Shown piece by piece: positions 1-8,458 of a stretch of 64,000 nucleotides of DNA (positions within the stretch are counted from its first letter, which is position 1; each line of letters begins with the position of its first letter). Position numbers and translations under genes: made by a program. The notes under the pieces are model-generated. The model was not told where the DNA came from. It ran no database searches and saw only the letters and a program-made list of their open reading frames with translations. Origin of the DNA: an uncultured Thermoplasmatales archaeon (GTDB lineage: Archaea > Thermoplasmatota > E2 > DHVEG-1); NCBI GenBank assembly GCA_964406955.1, contig CAYOTP010000001.1, forward strand, positions 5,240 to 69,239. The letters run 5' to 3'.

Positions 1-141
1 CCATCTGATGACATGGCAAAAAAACTTGAAAAAGAACTTGGCATCAATCTCTTCGAAGAGGTAAAAGAGGTGCATACCTCGGTCACGGAAACACCGAAAC
101 AAGGTCTTACTCTTGGCGATTTCATAAAAAGTGAAGAGTAA
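1..141 (+). CDS. 3' end of an upstream gene (partial, C-terminal ~46 aa ...GINLFEEVKEVHTSVTETPKQGLTLGDFIKSEE*)
   Basis: Open frame running in from the window edge to a TAA at 139-141. Identity not recognisable. Confidence 0.3.
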   Translation, partial: PSDDMAKKLEKELGINLFEEVKEVHTSVTETPKQGLTLGDFIKSEE

Positions 142-146
142 CTATC

Positions 147-743
147 ATGAATGAAAGAATTATTGCGCAAGCAGTTGACGCAGTGATAAAGGGAAACCTT
201 ATCGTATACCCAACGGATACCTTATATGCATTGGGTGCAGGAATTTCACGAAACAAAGCCATTTTAAAAATTTTCTCAGTGAAGAAGAGACCTAGATCAT
301 TACCTCTTCCTTTAGCAGTTTCAGATTGGAAACAGTTGGAAAGCCTTGTTTTTCTTACACCGTTAGCAGAAAAACTTGCCAATGCTTTTTTCCCAGGTAA
401 AATAACGATTATCTGTCAAAAAAAACCCCATGTTTCAGATGTTATCACATCCAAAGAACATACTGTTGCCGTAAGAATACCTGATGATTCAGTTGCATTA
501 CATCTTTTAAAAAAAACAGGTCCCTTGATCACTACGAGTGCTAACTGGCACGGACAGACCACTCCAAAAACTATTTCTGAAATTCGTAAGTTGTTTAAAC
601 CTGATGATGTTGAGGTTTACGTCGACGATGGCCCAAGACAGGGTAAACCATCAACCATTGTTGATGTTACAGGAACAACTCCAAAAATCTTAAGAGAAGG
701 ATGCATTCCTACAAGTTCAATTCTTGATATGAGTGAGATTTGA
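147..743 (+). CDS. tsaC: YrdC/Sua5-family threonylcarbamoyl-AMP synthase (YrdC-domain only, 198 aa)
   Basis: YrdC-domain-like core (VYPTDTLYALG ... ITTSAN) with a C-terminal acidic end. Stop overlaps the next gene start (ATGA at 740-743). Confidence 0.7.
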   Translation: MNERIIAQAVDAVIKGNLIVYPTDTLYALGAGISRNKAILKIFSVKKRPRSLPLPLAVSDWKQLESLVFLTPLAEKLANAFFPGKITIICQKKPHVSDVITSKEHTVAVRIPDDSVALHLLKKTGPLITTSANWHGQTTPKTISEIRKLFKPDDVEVYVDDGPRQGKPSTIVDVTGTTPKILREGCIPTSSILDMSEI

Positions 744-1663
744 TGAATGAAACAATATTTGATAGCTACATGAAAGCTGGCGAAATCGCAGCAACTGCGA
801 GAGATGAAGGTGTTGCTCATATCGAACCAGGGGTATCATTTCGAGAAATTGTTGATCTGATTGAATCAATCATTCTTGAAAATGGAGCAGAGATAGCATT
901 TCCAACAAATATTTCCGTGAATTATTTAGCTGCCCATTTTACCCCCAATATCGATGATGTTCATGTCTTTCGCAAAGGTGATGTGGTGAAGGTGGATGTC
1001 GGTGCCCATGTTGATGGATATATCGCAGATACTGCAGTTACTATGGAAGTTGAAACTGAAAAATTCACTTCTCTCAAACAAGCATCCAAAGATGCACTTA
1101 ATCAGGCCATTGGATTGATGAAACCGGGTATTAAATTGTCATTGATTGGAAGTACTGTTGAAAAAACGATTAAAAAATATGGTTTTAATCCAATTGATAA
1201 TTTAACAGGACATAGCTTAAATCGCTATAACCTTCATTCAGGGATGTCTATTCCTAGTATCTCATCTATGTCCTTTCAACGAAGACCTCGTAAAGATGAC
1301 GTCATTGCAGTTGAACCATTTGCAACTACAGGATCGGGTCATGTGATCTCAGGAAAGGGTAGCAATATTTATTTACTTAAAAACGGAGTGAATTTCCGCC
1401 GTCTCCGCGATGGTCGCAGCCGATTAATGATTAAAAAATTGCAACATCATTTCCGCTCGCTTCCTTTTGCCTCTCGTTGGTGTGAAAACCTTTTCTCAAA
1501 TGTAGATGTTTCATTACTATGGTTGGAACAGAAAGGAATGATCCATCATTTCCCTCAGCTAATCGAACAGAATAAAGGAATTGTTTCTCAAATGGAACAT
1601 ACAATGATCCTTACAGAGGATGGATGTCAGGTGACAACCTATGGAAAAAATGAAAGAGACTAA
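740..1663 (+). CDS. map: methionine aminopeptidase, type 2 (archaeal MAP2)
   Basis: 307 aa with a pita-bread-fold metal-site pattern (DVVKVDVGAHVDGYIAD ... HSL ... VEPF ... EHT). MAP2-type insertion present. Confidence 0.8.
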   Translation: MMNETIFDSYMKAGEIAATARDEGVAHIEPGVSFREIVDLIESIILENGAEIAFPTNISVNYLAAHFTPNIDDVHVFRKGDVVKVDVGAHVDGYIADTAVTMEVETEKFTSLKQASKDALNQAIGLMKPGIKLSLIGSTVEKTIKKYGFNPIDNLTGHSLNRYNLHSGMSIPSISSMSFQRRPRKDDVIAVEPFATTGSGHVISGKGSNIYLLKNGVNFRRLRDGRSRLMIKKLQHHFRSLPFASRWCENLFSNVDVSLLWLEQKGMIHHFPQLIEQNKGIVSQMEHTMILTEDGCQVTTYGKNERD

Positions 1664-2543
1664 TGGAAAAAGAATTGACCATTTGGTAGATGATTCGGTA
1701 GCTGACACTTCCTCAGTACTTAGATTTGATCAATTAACGTATAAGCAAATAGATGCTCTTAATAGATCAAAAACATTGTTTTTTTTACCCATTAGCCCTC
1801 TTGAGGAGCACGGCCCCCACCTCCCAGTTGGAACAGATCTCTTTACCGCCCAGGACACTGCAATATCATCAATAAAACAAATTCAAAGTAAGCATTCGTC
1901 GATTACTTGTATCCTCCTTCCTGCTATCCCTTTAGGCTATGCAGCATTTAGTACGGATTTTCCAGGGACTGTTTCAGTTTCATCAAGAGTTGTAAGACAC
2001 ATTATCTTCCAATATGGTAAAATGCTTGCCCACCATGGTTTTCAACATCTCATAATTTGTACATATCATATGGCACTGGGTCATCTGAAAGGTATTTATT
2101 CAGGAATGAAAAAACTTAGAAGAACATATAATATGAGTGTGTGTGAACCATGGAGTCCTTTGTTTTATAGCGGCGTGATTACTGAAAAAGAACCTGCTGT
2201 TGATTTTGATACCAGTACAGAAGTACATGCCGGATTTCGTGAGACTTCCTTGATGGTTTATACCCATCCATCTTTGGTAGATAAATCCTACAAAGAGTTA
2301 CCATTGGTTTTTTCTGAAACATTGTCATCTCCAAAAATCCTATATAAGAAGTTTAAACAGATTGGAATCACCGATGGCTATGTTGGCACTCCATCTAAAG
2401 CCAATAAATCATATGGAAAATGGTTTTTCAATCTCACGGTCAATGCTTATGTTGAGGCAGCTGAATCGATGATACATGGCCAAGATCTACCTGATTTACC
2501 TAAACATATCAAAAGACAAATGAACTTACTTTTTTGGTTGTAA
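1641..2543 (+). CDS. creatininase-family amidohydrolase (ArfB/creatininase-like)
   Basis: Creatininase-family motif LPISPLEEHGPHLPVGTD. 300 aa. Overlaps the MAP2 end, consistent with one operon. Confidence 0.65.
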   Translation: MEKMKETNGKRIDHLVDDSVADTSSVLRFDQLTYKQIDALNRSKTLFFLPISPLEEHGPHLPVGTDLFTAQDTAISSIKQIQSKHSSITCILLPAIPLGYAAFSTDFPGTVSVSSRVVRHIIFQYGKMLAHHGFQHLIICTYHMALGHLKGIYSGMKKLRRTYNMSVCEPWSPLFYSGVITEKEPAVDFDTSTEVHAGFRETSLMVYTHPSLVDKSYKELPLVFSETLSSPKILYKKFKQIGITDGYVGTPSKANKSYGKWFFNLTVNAYVEAAESMIHGQDLPDLPKHIKRQMNLLFWL

Positions 2544-3479
2544 CCGTTCAAATAATGCTCCTACCATCAATGGCATAAGAACCGTTGCATCCCCTTCTAT
2601 AGTGATATTATCTGAGTGTTCTTTGATCTTTCCCCATGAAATGGCTTCCCTTGTTTGTGCACCGCTCAAACTTCCGTCATATTCAACTGCTGTTGTGATA
2701 TAAACAGTGTAATCCAGTCCATCTTTGAATTGATTCCACCAGATCGTGTGATGCTTACTAATGCCACCACCAATGATTAAGGCACCACTTTTTTCTGCAT
2801 CGAACACAAGATCAGAAAGATCTTGTTCATCTTGTAAGATATCAATTACAAAATCCCGATGAGTTTGATAAAACATCCACAGTTGAGAACCAAATGCTCC
2901 ATCAGTTATACCGGGTACATAGATCGGAATGTTCTTTCTCCATGCCCAATAGAGAATGGAATCTTTTCCTCGTGGTTCATTTTCCAGGCGTTTGCCAAAT
3001 TCCAATGCAAGTTCCCTCGTTGACCATCTGTTCTTTTGTTGGTATAATGTTTCAAGGATTGGTTGCATTTTATTTTCAAGAATGCTTCCATAACATTCGT
3101 TTGGAATGAAAATGTTTCCTAATCTATTGATTCCTTGTTGATGTAGTTCATTATCGTCTGCCATGAAGGTTCCATGGAAATAATCACGCCATACTCTAGC
3201 TAGATCATGGTCTAACATTCCTGCTGTTGTGATTATTACATCAACTAAACCGTTTTTTACCATTTCCTTGATAACTCCTCGCGTTCCAGTTGAACAAATA
3301 CATGCAGGAAATGAGAGAAATCGAACACACTTTTTTTCTCTACTCATTTTCTCAAGGATGTTGACTCCCAATCCAATTTTTTTTGCTGAAAATCCCCCAG
3401 CATTATGCAATGCACGTATAAATTCGTCCAATGTTTGTGTGTTTGATATCAGGATATCTTCAATTGGTTCCAATTCCAT
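2526..3479 (-). CDS. dys: deoxyhypusine synthase
   Basis: 317 aa with DHS signatures (ITTAGMLDHD ... IIGGGISKHH ... TREAISWGK). Confidence 0.85.
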   Translation of the reverse strand: MELEPIEDILISNTQTLDEFIRALHNAGGFSAKKIGLGVNILEKMSREKKCVRFLSFPACICSTGTRGVIKEMVKNGLVDVIITTAGMLDHDLARVWRDYFHGTFMADDNELHQQGINRLGNIFIPNECYGSILENKMQPILETLYQQKNRWSTRELALEFGKRLENEPRGKDSILYWAWRKNIPIYVPGITDGAFGSQLWMFYQTHRDFVIDILQDEQDLSDLVFDAEKSGALIIGGGISKHHTIWWNQFKDGLDYTVYITTAVEYDGSLSGAQTREAISWGKIKEHSDNITIEGDATVLMPLMVGALFERLQPKK

Positions 3480-3485
3480 ACCGCA

Positions 3486-4409
3486 TCAGTTCCTTTCTTT
3501 TTTTCTAATCGCTAAAGCTCCATAGCCAACACAGGTGTTTTGATCTGAACAAGTATCATAAGATGTTCCATATTTAAGCAATTCTACAGATGAACCGGGA
3601 TGGTTCTGGGCAACGGTTAATAGAGACATCACTGGCCCATACCCACACATAGAGATACCTTGATTTTGAATACGTTCAACTAATAAGTCTGTGTCTTTGT
3701 TCTGGATTGCATCCAACGCTTCTTTGTCCTGCTGTCTAGCAAATTCATCTGCCGTTAGTCCCTTAGGTGGGAAACGACCATACGAATAACCTTCATGGGA
3801 AAAATCACTACTTGCAATAATGGATATATTTCGTTCATCTTCTGAAATGATTTCAAATAGAATTCTTCCTAACCGTATACTTGTTTCTTTGTCCTGATGG
3901 TTAAATACAATTGGAACAATGGTACAATCTTTTTTCAAGTGTGTATTAAGGAATCTAATGAAAGGTAATTGTACTTCCAAACTATTCTCTTGTTGTTTTA
4001 GCGTTTGTGGATCTGAAGTTACTCCTGATGAAACAATTTTTTTAGCCAAGGGCTCATCAATGCTAAGAGGTCCAAGTGGCGTTTCCCATGATCCCGATGG
4101 ATCAATTGCCACATCAGAACCTTTGCCACCATGATTAGGGCCAAGAAGGATACAAACTTCTGGAAAACCATGTTCAACGAGTGCACTATATGCATGTGCA
4201 GCAAAAGGCCCAGAACAAACAAGACCTGCATGGGGAACAATAATTCCAATAAGACCTCGATTGATTTTTTGTTCTTTTGGAAGGAAACCAGGACCCACAT
4301 TATGAGTGAAACACCAAGTTATCTGGTCCTGTAACTCATGTGCTGTTCGTTCATAAAACATGCCCGCAACTGTTGCTTTTCGAATTGCTTTCATAAAATT
4401 ACAACCCAA
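3486..4409 (-). CDS. Memo1-like protein (AmmeMemoRadiSam system protein B family)
   Basis: MEMO-fold motifs (VPHAGLVCSGP ... LGPNH ... DFSHEG). 307 aa. Confidence 0.7.
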   Translation of the reverse strand: MGCNFMKAIRKATVAGMFYERTAHELQDQITWCFTHNVGPGFLPKEQKINRGLIGIIVPHAGLVCSGPFAAHAYSALVEHGFPEVCILLGPNHGGKGSDVAIDPSGSWETPLGPLSIDEPLAKKIVSSGVTSDPQTLKQQENSLEVQLPFIRFLNTHLKKDCTIVPIVFNHQDKETSIRLGRILFEIISEDERNISIIASSDFSHEGYSYGRFPPKGLTADEFARQQDKEALDAIQNKDTDLLVERIQNQGISMCGYGPVMSLLTVAQNHPGSSVELLKYGTSYDTCSDQNTCVGYGALAIRKKERN

Positions 4410-4500
4410 TAAAAATCTTAATCTGCTGGTTCTTCATTAAGTTTCTTGTTCAAAAGATATAAATACACCTGAGGAATACGGCATTGAACTATCAGATAAA

Positions 4501-4671
4501 ATGGGAGCGAACATGGAAACTGTTTGTCATATCGAAATTGTGAAAGATGGACGTGATTTCGTTGCCAGGGTTCATCTTTCAGACGGTTCAACAAAGGAAT
4601 ATCGTCATAGTGTATTTGAAGATGCACTTACTGAGATGGTCATTGATCTGCAAGAGGAACTTGCGGAATAA
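4501..4671 (+). CDS. possible 56-aa small protein (MGANMETVCHIEIVKDGRDFVARVHLSDGSTKEYRHSVFEDALTEMVIDLQEELAE)
   Basis: ATG...TAA frame below the 60-aa cutoff of the ORF track. Balanced, globular-looking composition. Competes with the antisense 69-aa ORF 4418-4627. Confidence 0.25.
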   Translation: MGANMETVCHIEIVKDGRDFVARVHLSDGSTKEYRHSVFEDALTEMVIDLQEELAE

Positions 4672-4679
4672 TCTATTTT

Positions 4680-4886
4680 TTATCCTTGCCAAATTAGCAA
4701 GATGATGATCATTGCAATGAGAGCATACATAGCATATACGATAAGCTTTCTTTTTTTGATCATGCTATGATATTTTTGCTTGCATTCTTCAGAACAAATT
4801 GTTTCTGAAACCGGAGTTGCTTTTCCACAGATCTGACAATGTGAATGAGGGGGGATAGATTCACTCATTTGTTTGTTTACCTCCAA
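4680..4886 (-). CDS. small zinc-ribbon protein with C-terminal transmembrane helix
   Basis: CQICG...CSEEC zinc-ribbon spacing followed by a hydrophobic tail (LIVYAMYALIAMIIILLIW). Confidence 0.45.
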   Translation of the reverse strand: MEVNKQMSESIPPHSHCQICGKATPVSETICSEECKQKYHSMIKKRKLIVYAMYALIAMIIILLIWQG

Positions 4887-4927
4887 TTAATTTAAAGGAC
4901 ATACGGAGTTGGTTGTTAAAAAGCTTG

Positions 4928-5497
4928 TTATGATTTATCAATATGAACCGTGTTTTTTGATATGCTAATGTGAACAAGGGATTCAATACAGATACCAGTT
5001 TCTTTTGATATGCTTTTAGCAGCGTTTCCCTTATCCACGGCCACAAAGACTGCTTTAACGATTACCCCTATGTTTTCAAGAGTATGTAGAACTGCTTTAA
5101 GTGTTCCACCGGTGCTTAAGACATCATCAACAATAATCACAGAATCGTTTTTTTTTAACCCATTGATAAATAATGTTTCCTCTGAATACCCTGTTTGTTG
5201 CTTCACGGGATGCTCATTAGGTAGGCCATAAGATCGTTTCCGAATGATCGTAAATGGTTTGTTTAATTCCATTGAAAGAGAAGTGGCAAGTGGAATTCCC
5301 ATTGCTTCCATTGTAACAATTCTATCAAATGGGGGATATGAAGATATTTTTTCCTTAAATGCATGGGTTACCTCATTGAGTAAATCTGGAAAAATTTGAG
5401 GTATGCCATCTGTTATTGGATGAATAACATACTGATATTCTCCTTTTTTTACAATTGGTGCCTGTTGTAATGAATCGATTAATCTTGATAGTTTCAT
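4928..5497 (-). CDS. hpt: archaeal-type purine (hypoxanthine/guanine) phosphoribosyltransferase
   Basis: PRT type I motif VIIVDDVLSTGGTL. N-terminal VKKGEYQYVIHPITDGIP pattern typical of the archaeal Hpt family. Start overlaps the MfnA stop (ATGA). Confidence 0.75.
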   Translation of the reverse strand: MKLSRLIDSLQQAPIVKKGEYQYVIHPITDGIPQIFPDLLNEVTHAFKEKISSYPPFDRIVTMEAMGIPLATSLSMELNKPFTIIRKRSYGLPNEHPVKQQTGYSEETLFINGLKKNDSVIIVDDVLSTGGTLKAVLHTLENIGVIVKAVFVAVDKGNAAKSISKETGICIESLVHISISKNTVHIDKS

Positions 5498-6654
5498 AGT
5501 TCGCCAACCTCTTGACAGGTTTTTTGTAATACGGGTATGAATTCATCAATTATTGATTTTGTTATTTGAGGCATAATGACTATTCGGAAACTTGAAAGAT
5601 GGTCGATTTTGTTTACTTTCCACCCGTATGTTGCTAACCGTTCAACGATTTCATCTAGATGGTCAACGTGAACAGTGATAACGTTGAGTTCTGGTTTAGT
5701 TACCAATGATAACCCAATCTCATTGATTCGCCGTATGGTATATTTTGAGGTATCCATAATGAGTTGAACTCGGTGTTTATATCCTTTGTATTGTAAATAG
5801 TGAGTGACTGCATAGCCGGCTACTACTGGTGCCCCCGAACGAGTTCCTAAGATACCTGCTTGGGTATCGGTACTGATACACTGTGATTTCACACTGATTT
5901 CATCAAGCCATGTTTTATTTCTTAAAACAAGGGTGCCAAGGGGTATTGCTGCATAGCCCATTTTATGAGCGTCAAGGGAAATGGTACTTATTCCGGGAAG
6001 GGAAAAATCAATGGATGGAACATCATATCCAAGTTGATCAAGAAACGGGATGATGAATCCCCCAAATGCTGCATCGATATGAAGAAATATATGTTCTTGA
6101 TTGCAGAAATCAGATAACTCTGGGATAGGATCAATTGCGCCAACATCGGTGGTCCCAGCGATTCCAACAATTGCCGCTGTATCATTAGTTATACGTGAAT
6201 TGATTTTTGTAATGTCCATCTTGTGCTGTTTTGTCAGTGGAATGGGTACCAGTTTCATATTCATAAGAGATGCAATTTTTTGAAAAGAGAAATGTGCCGA
6301 TGCTGGAAGAATGATTTCATTTTTTCCACTATATTTCTTTGCTATCCACATGGCAGAGATGTTACCCTCGGTTCCACCACTAACGATGTGACCGGATGCT
6401 GTTTTTGGAGCGTTTAACAATTTCAGGATAAATGAAAGAAATTTATTTTCGATTTTTTTTGTTCCTGGAAATAAACCTGGATCTCCAATATTAGTTTCTA
6501 AAAATTGACAGTAGGCTTTTTTTGCAACAGAATGAGGCTGACTGCACATTGACCCAAGGATGTGACCTGAGGAAAAGCTATAATCTTTCTTTTGAAAATT
6601 AGATAATTCTTCGAATATTTTTTTCTCATTTTCATCAATAATAGTGGGTGACAT
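5494..6654 (-). CDS. mfnA: L-tyrosine/L-aspartate decarboxylase MfnA (PLP-dependent group II decarboxylase)
   Basis: 386 aa with PLP-lysine motif SLDAHKMGY and HIVSGGTEGN. Size and motifs fit archaeal MfnA. Confidence 0.8.
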   Translation of the reverse strand: MSPTIIDENEKKIFEELSNFQKKDYSFSSGHILGSMCSQPHSVAKKAYCQFLETNIGDPGLFPGTKKIENKFLSFILKLLNAPKTASGHIVSGGTEGNISAMWIAKKYSGKNEIILPASAHFSFQKIASLMNMKLVPIPLTKQHKMDITKINSRITNDTAAIVGIAGTTDVGAIDPIPELSDFCNQEHIFLHIDAAFGGFIIPFLDQLGYDVPSIDFSLPGISTISLDAHKMGYAAIPLGTLVLRNKTWLDEISVKSQCISTDTQAGILGTRSGAPVVAGYAVTHYLQYKGYKHRVQLIMDTSKYTIRRINEIGLSLVTKPELNVITVHVDHLDEIVERLATYGWKVNKIDHLSSFRIVIMPQITKSIIDEFIPVLQKTCQEVGEL

Positions 6655-6749
6655 GTCTTAATCAAAAAGTGACACCAGATTACGTGTAATTAATATTTCG
6701 GCTAGTTTTCTTCTGTTTTAATGGTACCATCACATTTTAATACTCGTAA

Positions 6750-7082
6750 ATGTATTTTGGTTACATGATGGAAAAAAAGGATGCGGCCGAGGAGGTTACT
6801 TCGTTTTTAAAACTTCCGGTATATACTCGATCTGGTGATTATATTGGACATATTCGTAATGTGTTTCTGAATATGGATGAAAAACGGGTAAGTAGTTTAC
6901 TGGTGACCAATACAAATTCTTCTATCGTTGAAGGATCTGTTGACGTTGCAGTTCCTTACAGATGGGTCAATGCAGTTGGTGACATTGTGATTTTATCATA
7001 CTTCCCAGAACGGGTTTCCACTCAGAAGAAAGAAGAGAAGACTGAAGAAGATAATCCTGATGAAATAGATATTATACAATAA
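6750..7082 (+). CDS. PRC-barrel domain protein
   Basis: PRC-barrel-like pattern (VYTRSGDYIGHIRNVFLNMDEKRVSSLLV). Acidic C-terminal tail. True start may be the internal Met at 6765/6768. Confidence 0.55.
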   Translation: MYFGYMMEKKDAAEEVTSFLKLPVYTRSGDYIGHIRNVFLNMDEKRVSSLLVTNTNSSIVEGSVDVAVPYRWVNAVGDIVILSYFPERVSTQKKEEKTEEDNPDEIDIIQ

Positions 7083-7390
7083 CTAATCTCTTTAGCTAAT
7101 TATCTTTATTTTTCTCCTATCTGGATTTGAGTTAGATTTTAACCTGTCAAACCTCAAATCATGTTATTTCACTTTTTGATGAAAAAATTTTTATTCTTTT
7201 ATTTCATTGTATTTACGTGGTATATAATTAAAAGCAAATCCTTTTATATAATGAAGTTTATATTTTATTATATGATGTTAGCCTACCACGGGTTAGCTTA
7301 TCTGATGGGTATTGTTGTACTAGAAATGTACAACAATCTTTAAATATGGTAATGGTAAAAAATAGTTACCGCAAATAATAAAAAAAATAG

Positions 7391-8413
7391 GTGAATAAAA
7401 TGGTCAAACGAAATAAACTAATCACCACAGGCACTCTCCTTATAGTATTACTACTTAGTATCACAATGACTTTCAATCCTGTTGTTTCTGCTGATGATTC
7501 TATGGCCGATGAAAATAGTAGTCCAAAACTTTTCAGTTTTAATTCTTATATCCATATTGATTATGACACTACGCCACTAGATCAAAATTTAGATATAGAT
7601 CAATCGATCAACGTTCCGTTAACTATTTCATATGCAACGGATGTTCCTGAAGGATTTCTTAAATTCATACCGTTTTGGCAAATAAGAAACATCATTTTAT
7701 ATGGCAGTATGATAGGGCCTATGCAACAAATAACGTTGGAAGTATTAAGAAAACCTGATTGGGCAGATATCACCCTTTCACAAAGAGATATTCTTGTTGG
7801 CATTCCGTTCCAAGGAAATCCAACCAATGAAAAAACAAGTTTGGTCCTTGCCCCATATGAAGAAGCACCAGCTCAGCCATATACAATAACGATTAAAGCA
7901 TCTAGTAAGCAGATCGGTCGAATTAACAGTTTCAGCACCGAAGTCGATATTGTTTTTACTCCTTCCTTTGTTCCAACAGTGACTATCATACCTGACAAAC
8001 CAACTCGAACCGTTGGTCCTCAAGAATCTGTAAACTTCAATATCCGGGTGAAAAATGAGGCAAATAAAAAAGCAAGAATTACACCACAATTAGTTACATC
8101 TGCTTCAGATTGGAGTCCAACAATTAATCCACCATTCTTTGATGTCCTTCCCGGCGGAGAAGAATCATTTATTTTCTCTGTGTATACACCTTATGATTTC
8201 GGTTGGCATAATGAAATTCAATCGTTTCAGATCGATTTTACCACTCAGATCTTTCCATTAAGAGAAGAAGCCGCCAAAGGTGGACCTTATTCAATATTCC
8301 TTCGAATAAATAATTATGGATTCTCCACACCAGGATTTGAACTTCTTCCCATTCTTGTAGCATTAGGACTTGCTGGAGTCATGTTCGGAAAAAGATATCA
8401 AAATAAAAAATAG
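7391..8413 (+). CDS. secreted surface protein with PGF-CTERM archaeal sorting signal
   Basis: N-terminal signal peptide. Extreme C-terminus PGFELLPILVALGLAGVMFGKRYQNKK (PGF + TM helix + basic tail), i.e. an archaeosortase substrate motif. Confidence 0.6.
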   Translation: MNKMVKRNKLITTGTLLIVLLLSITMTFNPVVSADDSMADENSSPKLFSFNSYIHIDYDTTPLDQNLDIDQSINVPLTISYATDVPEGFLKFIPFWQIRNIILYGSMIGPMQQITLEVLRKPDWADITLSQRDILVGIPFQGNPTNEKTSLVLAPYEEAPAQPYTITIKASSKQIGRINSFSTEVDIVFTPSFVPTVTIIPDKPTRTVGPQESVNFNIRVKNEANKKARITPQLVTSASDWSPTINPPFFDVLPGGEESFIFSVYTPYDFGWHNEIQSFQIDFTTQIFPLREEAAKGGPYSIFLRINNYGFSTPGFELLPILVALGLAGVMFGKRYQNKK

Positions 8414-8458
8414 TAATAAAAGTATACAATTTCAATATAATATAGGGGAGTACATCAA

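Noticed and set aside
122-382. 86-aa minus-strand ORF overlapping the YrdC-family gene
   Set aside because: Antisense to a well-supported CDS and has no motif. This is a typical shadow ORF. The same applies to 617-820, 2894-3109, 2906-3091, 3229-3525, 3919-4334, 5010-5231, 5988-6417 and the other antisense ORFs inside confident genes.
7161-7343. 60-aa ORF in the AT-rich spacer before the first surface-protein gene
   Set aside because: Composition F/Y/I/K-rich, as expected from translating AT-rich noncoding DNA. More likely promoter/UTR.
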